Below are positions 58,017-64,000 of a DNA stretch of 64,000 nucleotides, piece by piece; position 1 is the stretch's first letter; each line of letters opens with the position of its first letter. The stretch spans positions 283,836,001-283,900,000 of the forward strand of contig OZ024743.1 in the NCBI GenBank assembly GCA_964016885.1, given 5' to 3'. Under the pieces are notes generated by a model that was not told the origin of the DNA, searched no databases, and worked only from the letters and a program-made list of their open reading frames with translations. The stretch comes from Eledone cirrhosa. Taxonomy: Eukaryota. Made by a program: the position numbers and the translations under genes.

Positions 58017-61000
58017 TCTGGTTGCTTTTTCGATATGATGGATGAACTAAGGAATTTCTGGAGAGTCAGAAGAATCTGGACACCCGAAGACAATGCAAAA
58101 GATAACAACAAATTCACCTCATGCTGCCGGACGAAAGGGCAAAGCCCCACCCTCTTTGTTGCGGCCGCGGATGGCCAACATAACCCCAACCCCATCAACC
58201 TCACCCCTCCCTGCACCCCACCCACCAAACGCAATCCAAAACTTCAGAGTTGGTACCATGAATGTAGGGACCTTAAAAGGCCGCTCAAACGAGGTTGTAG
58301 AAATGCTTGAACGTAAGGAGGTTGATGTCTGCTGCATCCAAGAGACCAGGTGGAGGGGCGGGTCTGCTAGATTCATTGTGGGTAAAAAACGATGCCATAA
58401 GCTTTTCTGGGTGGGAAATGACAATGGGCTGGGTGGAGTAGGAATCATGTTAGCAGAAAAATGGGTGGATAAGATAATAGACGTAAATAGAGTAAACGAC
58501 AGAATAATTAAAATAAGACTTGTTCTAAATAGAACTACTGTGACGATAATATCTGCGTACGCGCCCCAATCCGGACTGCCTGGCGCTATAAAAGACAGTT
58601 TCTATGAGACACTGATGCTCACTACCTCCCAAATAACCGACAGTGACTATATAATTATTGCTGGCGACCTAAATGGTCACGTTGGACAACATTGTGACGG
58701 CTATGACGAAATCTATGGAGGCTATGGGTTTGGTACTAGAAATGAGGAAGGCTCCAGAATCCTGGAATTCTGTGACGCAAATAACCTAACAATCTGTAAC
58801 ACTAACTGCAAAAAACGAGACAATCACTTGATCACCTACAGATCAGGGGAACATACCAGCCAGGTAGATTATATCCTTACCAGAAGACGTGACAGAGTGA
58901 CTGTTGTAAACACTAAATCCCTCCCCCATGAAGAATGCACCTCCCAACATAGACTGATAATTAGCGACCTCATAGTCAGGACGAGACGTACTCGACAGCA
59001 GAAGAGGACTATCCTCAGGAGAAAAATATGGAAGCGAAAGGACCCCACAGCCAGAAATAAATTTCAAAGCATATTACTTGATGCTTTCGACAGTAAGGAA
59101 GAGCATTTAGAGTCGGACAATATAGAGGAACAGTGGGAATTCCTGAAAGCAAACCTGCTGATGGCGGCAGACGAAGTCTGTGGCCGGAGCAGGCCTATAG
59201 GCAGGAGGAGAGTAACATGGTGGTGGAACAGTAAGGTGGAGGAGTCGATTAAGGCCAAAAAGCAGGCTTGGAAAGTATGGCGGGATGGGGGAAGTAGAGA
59301 AGACTATCAAGTGGCCAGGAGGGAAGCTAGGAGACAAGTGTACTTCGCAAGAAGGGAAGCAGAGGAAAGAAAGTTCAAGCATGTTCTACAACGCGAGGAC
59401 CAAAAACGTGAGGTGTTCAGGATTGCTAGGCAATGTGTCAAGGAAAACCGTGATATTGTTGGGGAGAAGTGTGTACTAAATGATGATGGCGTACTCGCCA
59501 TCACTGACGCTGATAAGAAGGTCGCTTGGAAGTGTCACTACGAGAGGCTACTAAATGAGGAGAATAAATGGGAGAAAGACAGTCTCCCCCAGATCGATCC
59601 AATAGAGGGACCAGCAGTGTTAGTTGAAGGTAGTATAATAAGTAAGGCAATCAAAGATATGAAGACGGGTAAGGCGGCTGGGCCTTCGGAAATAGTTGCC
59701 GAGATGCTGAAGGCCTCTGGAACGGACGGACACACCATGGTCACCCGGATAGTAAACCAAGTCATACAGAATGGGGTTGTTCCGAAGGACTGGCGTAGCA
59801 GCATCATCATTAACTGTTACAAGGGTAAAGGAGACGACCTAGATAGGAGTAACTATAGAGGCATTAAATTAATCGACCAGGTCATGAAGGTCACGGAAAA
59901 AGTAATAGTGCAACTAATCAGAGAGAGAATCGATCTAGATGAAATGCAGTTCGGGTTTGTGTCAGGCAAAAGTACCACAGACGCTCTTTTCATTGTACGA
60001 CAACTACAGGAGAAGTACCTAGCTAAAAGTAAACCCCTATACTTAGCCTTTATCGACTTGGAGAAAGCCTTCGACAGAGTCCCCCGTTCCATTATCTGGT
60101 GGGCTCTTAGAAAACTAGGTGTTGACGAATGGCTTGTGAGGGCTATACAAGCCATGTATAAAGAAACAGTGAGCAAGGTTAGAATTAACAACGAATATAG
60201 TGAAGAGTTTAGCGTAAAAGTTGGTGTCCATCAGGGCTCTGTTCTTAGCCCCCTACTATTTATTATTGCCCTTCAGGCTATAACAGAGGAGTTCAAGACC
60301 GGCTGCCCATGGGAACTCCTATACGCAGATGATCTAACGCTCATAGCTGAATCAATGGCCGAGCTAGAGAAGAAATTCCAAACATGGAAGCACGGCCTAG
60401 AATCAAAAGGCCTTAAAATTAACCTGGCTAAGACTAAAGTTCTAGTTTGTAGGAAAGAAAATAAGGCGCCGGTCCCTTCCGGGAAATGGCCATGCTCAGT
60501 GTGTAGGAAAGGCGTAGGTAGAAACTCCATTTTATGTCCCAAATGCAAAGTATGGGTGCATAAAAGATGTAGTAGGATCACAGGTAAGCTAACTAAGAAC
60601 ACAGATTTTACATGTGGCCGGTGCTCTGGTGCAATAAGTAGCAGCAAGTGCCCACAAAATACTAGCTCTTTCAATTGCACAGAGGGTTCTATAGAAATAG
60701 TGGACAGCTTCCGTTACCTGGGTGACAAAATCAGCAGTGGGGGAGGGTGCTCTGAAAGTACAGTAGCTAGAGTCAGAACTGGATGGAAAAAGTTCAGAGA
60801 GCTTATACCACTATTAGCCGCTAAAGGGTTCTCCCTAAAAATGAAAGGCAGGTTGTATGATGCCTGCATACGAACAGCAATGTTGCATGGCAGTGAGACC
60901 TGGGCATTGTGTGCAGAGGATATACGCACACTAGAGAGGAACGAAGCTTGCATGCTCCGCTGGATGTGTAATAGTAATATACGCGAATGGCAAAGCATAA

Positions 61001-61790
61001 ACGAACTAAGGAAAAAATTAGAAATAAGAGGGATCAGATGTTGTTTACTCGAGCGATGGCTACGTTGGTATGGTCACGTGATGCGCATGAAAGACGACAG
61101 CTGTATAGCAAAGTGCAGGGCAATAAAGATAGACGGTAGCCACGGAGTAGGCAGACCCAGAAAAACCTGGGACGAGCTGATAAATTCCGACCTCACACAC
61201 TTACACCTCTCCAAGACAATGTCACTAGACCGAGACCTTTGGCGGTACTCAGTAATAGAGAAGACCCGCCTTACCTAAATACAAAGTAAAACCTACTACA
61301 GTCAGTAGGCATCTCTAACAAAATACACCCCCGTCCGACCACCCCCACCCCATCCACACCGCCCCTTTCAATGTAAAGTTATGTTGGTGCCACAAAATCC
61401 AGGCTGAAACAAATGAGATCGTGTAGGTGTCACGACAAAAAAAACACACAGTCCACGCTGTAAATGTGGCCGTGTAGGCAACACGGTAAAAACCTCCCAA
61501 CCCCACACTGTAAATGTGGTTGGTGTTAGGAAGGGCATCCAGCTGTAGAAAACCCGCCAGACAGTCCACGCTGTAATGTGGCAGTGTAGGCAACACGGTA
61601 AAAACCTCCCAGCCCCACACTGTAAATGTGGTTGGTGTTAGGAAGGGCATCCAACTGTAGAAAACCCGCCAGACAGTCCTATGCGAGCAATGACAACCAC
61701 TCTTGCCTCAAGTGGGAAAACTCCCGTCCAAACCCATGCAAGCGTGGAACATGGATGTTAAACGATGATGATGATGATGATGATGATGAT
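58017..61790 (+). mobile_element. Near full-length RTE-PHD LINE with a ~110-bp tandem duplication in the 3' UTR
   Basis: TA flank at the 5' end, intact ORF, duplicated segment ~61449-61560/61561-61676, (GAT)n tail. Confidence 0.95.
58093..61278 (+). CDS. RTE ORF: APE + RT with internal PHD finger; intact 1061 aa
   Basis: Same motif set as 38997-42275. Confidence 0.95.
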   Translation: MQKITTNSPHAAGRKGKAPPSLLRPRMANITPTPSTSPLPAPHPPNAIQNFRVGTMNVGTLKGRSNEVVEMLERKEVDVCCIQETRWRGGSARFIVGKKRCHKLFWVGNDNGLGGVGIMLAEKWVDKIIDVNRVNDRIIKIRLVLNRTTVTIISAYAPQSGLPGAIKDSFYETLMLTTSQITDSDYIIIAGDLNGHVGQHCDGYDEIYGGYGFGTRNEEGSRILEFCDANNLTICNTNCKKRDNHLITYRSGEHTSQVDYILTRRRDRVTVVNTKSLPHEECTSQHRLIISDLIVRTRRTRQQKRTILRRKIWKRKDPTARNKFQSILLDAFDSKEEHLESDNIEEQWEFLKANLLMAADEVCGRSRPIGRRRVTWWWNSKVEESIKAKKQAWKVWRDGGSREDYQVARREARRQVYFARREAEERKFKHVLQREDQKREVFRIARQCVKENRDIVGEKCVLNDDGVLAITDADKKVAWKCHYERLLNEENKWEKDSLPQIDPIEGPAVLVEGSIISKAIKDMKTGKAAGPSEIVAEMLKASGTDGHTMVTRIVNQVIQNGVVPKDWRSSIIINCYKGKGDDLDRSNYRGIKLIDQVMKVTEKVIVQLIRERIDLDEMQFGFVSGKSTTDALFIVRQLQEKYLAKSKPLYLAFIDLEKAFDRVPRSIIWWALRKLGVDEWLVRAIQAMYKETVSKVRINNEYSEEFSVKVGVHQGSVLSPLLFIIALQAITEEFKTGCPWELLYADDLTLIAESMAELEKKFQTWKHGLESKGLKINLAKTKVLVCRKENKAPVPSGKWPCSVCRKGVGRNSILCPKCKVWVHKRCSRITGKLTKNTDFTCGRCSGAISSSKCPQNTSSFNCTEGSIEIVDSFRYLGDKISSGGGCSESTVARVRTGWKKFRELIPLLAAKGFSLKMKGRLYDACIRTAMLHGSETWALCAEDIRTLERNEACMLRWMCNSNIREWQSINELRKKLEIRGIRCCLLERWLRWYGHVMRMKDDSCIAKCRAIKIDGSHGVGRPRKTWDELINSDLTHLHLSKTMSLDRDLWRYSVIEKTRLT

Positions 61791-61798
61791 ATATATAT

Positions 61799-62074
61799 AT
61801 TAGAAATTATAAGCTTTCACCGTATTTTAGACTAAAGAAATTTCTAGCCTGATAGTGGGATTTATAACCCTCGGAGAAATGGAGAAAGATGAGTGTTGCC
61901 GTACATGTACGGCAGCACTCACCTTTTTCCATTTCTCCGAGGGTTATAAATCCCACTATCAGGCTAGAAATGTCTTTAGTTTAAAATACGGTGAAAGCTT
62001 ATAATTTCTAATTTCAAACTCGCGCACCGTTTCAAAAACATACTTACATGTTTACGTTTATAATTTGCTTGTTT
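61799..62074. repeat. Near-perfect 214-bp palindrome (61799-62012) plus ~60-nt tail
   Basis: Centre GTACA|TGTAC at 61905/61906 with no spacer; few mismatches; TA on both sides. Confidence 0.95.
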
Positions 62075-62091
62075 ATATATATATATATATA

Positions 62092-64000
62092 TTTTCTGGG
62101 TGGGAAACGACGATGGGCTGGGTGGCGTAGGAATCATGGTAGCAGAAAAGTGGGCAGATAAGATAATAGACGTAAATAGAGTGAACGACAGAATAATTAA
62201 AATAAGACTTGTCTTCAATAGAACTACGGTGACAGTAATATCTGCGTACGCACCCCAATCCGGACTGCCCGGCACTATCAAAGACAGATTCTATGAGACA
62301 CTGATGCTCACTACCTCCCAAATAACCGACAGTGACTATATAATTATTGCAGGCGACCTAAATGGTCACGTTGGACAACATTGTGACGGCTACGACGAAA
62401 TCCATGGAGGCTATGGGTTTGGTACTAGAAATGAGGAAGGCTCCAGAATCCTGGAATTCTGTGACGCAAATAACCTAACTATCTGTAACACTAACTTCAA
62501 AAAACGTGACAATCACCTGATCACCTATAGATCCGGGGAACACACAAGCCAGGTAGATTATATCCTTACCAGAAGACGTGACAGAGTATCTGTTGTAAAC
62601 ACTAAATCCCTCCCCCATGAAGAATGCACCTCCCAACATAGACTGATAATTAGCGACCTCATAGTTATGACGAGACGTACTCGACAGCAGAAGAGGACTA
62701 TCCTCAGGAGAAAAATATGGAAGCTAAAGGACCCCACAGCCAGAAATAAATTTCAAAGCATATTACTTGATGCTTTCGACAGTAAGGAAGAGCATTTAGA
62801 GTCGGACAATATAGAGGGACAGTGGGAATTTCTGAAAGCAAACCTGCTGATGGCGACAGACGAAGTCTGTGGCTGGAGCAGGCCTGTTGGCAGGAGGAGA
62901 GTAACATGGTGGTGGAACAGTAAGGTGGAGGGGTCAATTAAGGCCAAAAAGCAGGCTTGGAAAGTATGGCGGGATGGGGGAAGTAGAGAAGACTATCAAG
63001 TGGCCAGGAGGGAAGCTAGGAGACAAGTGTACTTCGCAAGAAGGGAAGCAGAGGAAAGAAAGTTCAAGCATGTTCTACAACGCGAGGACCAAAAACGTGA
63101 GGTGTTCAGGATTGCTAGGCAATGTGTCAAGGAAAACCGTGATATTGTCGGGGAGAAGTGTGTACTTAATGATGACGGCGTACTTGCCATCACCGACGCT
63201 GATAAGAAGGTAGCTTGGAAGTGTCACTATGAAAGGCTACTAAATGAGGAGAATAAATGGGAGAAAGACAGTCTCCCCCACATCAACCCAATAGAGGGAC
63301 CAGCAGTGTTAGTCGAGGGTAGTATAATAAGTAAGGCAATCAAGGATATGAAGACGGGTAAGGCGGCTGGGCCTTCGGAAATAGTTGCTGAGATGCTGAA
63401 GGCATCTGGCACGGTGGGACACACCATGGTCACCCGGATAGTTAACCAAGTCGTACAGAATGGGGTTGTTCCGAAGGACTGGCATAGCAGCATCATCGTT
63501 AATTGTTATAAGGGTAAAGGAGATGCCCTAGATAGGAGTAACTATAGAGGCATTAAATTAATCGACCAGGTCATGAAGGTCATGGAAAAAGTAATAGCGC
63601 AACTAATCAGAGAGAGAATTGACCTAGATGAAATGCAGTTCGGGTTTGTGTCAGGCAAAAGTACCACAGACGCTCTTTTCATTGTACGTCAACTACAGGA
63701 GAAGTACCTAGCTAAAGGTAAACCCCTCTACTTAGCTTTTGTCGACTTGGAGAAAGCCTTCGACAGAGTCCCCCGCTCCATTATCTGGTGGGCCCTTAGA
63801 AAACTAGGTGTCGACGAATGGCTTGTGAGAGCTATACAAGCCATGTATAAAGAAACAGTCAGCAAGGTTAGAATTAACAACGAATATAGTGAAGAGTTTA
63901 GCGTAAAAGTTGGCGTCCATCAGGGCTCTGTTCTCAGCCCCCTACTATTTATTATTGCCCTCCAGGCTATAACAGAGGAGTTCAAGACCAGCTGCCCGTG
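62092..64000 (+). mobile_element. RTE-PHD family copy, 5'-truncated in the endonuclease, running off the window
   Basis: Near-identical to 39389-41297 and 58404-60310; begins directly after (TA)n. Confidence 0.95.

Overview
AT-rich, repeat-dense animal genomic DNA; the SINE/RTE repertoire suggests a cephalopod or other mollusc (inference). The first ~20.5 kb holds the last five visible exons of an EDEM1-type GH47 alpha-mannosidase-like gene on the + strand, with old RTE, SINE and MITE remnants in its introns. From ~26 kb the window is a nest of young non-LTR retrotransposons from at least five families, nearly all flanked by (TA)n microsatellite arrays of up to ~2 kb. Main observations: (1) two unrelated CR1/L2-group LINEs both carry an in-frame U_UUU_UUA slippery heptamer at the ORF1/ORF2 overlap, and their -1-frame ORF2 has no AUG before the first endonuclease motif, predicting programmed -1 ribosomal frameshifting; (2) an RTE family with two intact ORFs has a C4HC3 PHD finger inserted inside the reverse transcriptase; (3) two type-I hammerhead ribozyme folds with palindromic helix III, plus several 'long hairpin + short tail' foldbacks that look Penelope-derived; (4) shared (TA)n insertion context across retroelement clades; (5) ~45-nt mini-elements made only of the RTE 3' stem-loop plus a (GAT)n tail. 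One 200-N gap is present. Family assignments come from motif recognition only; no searches were run.
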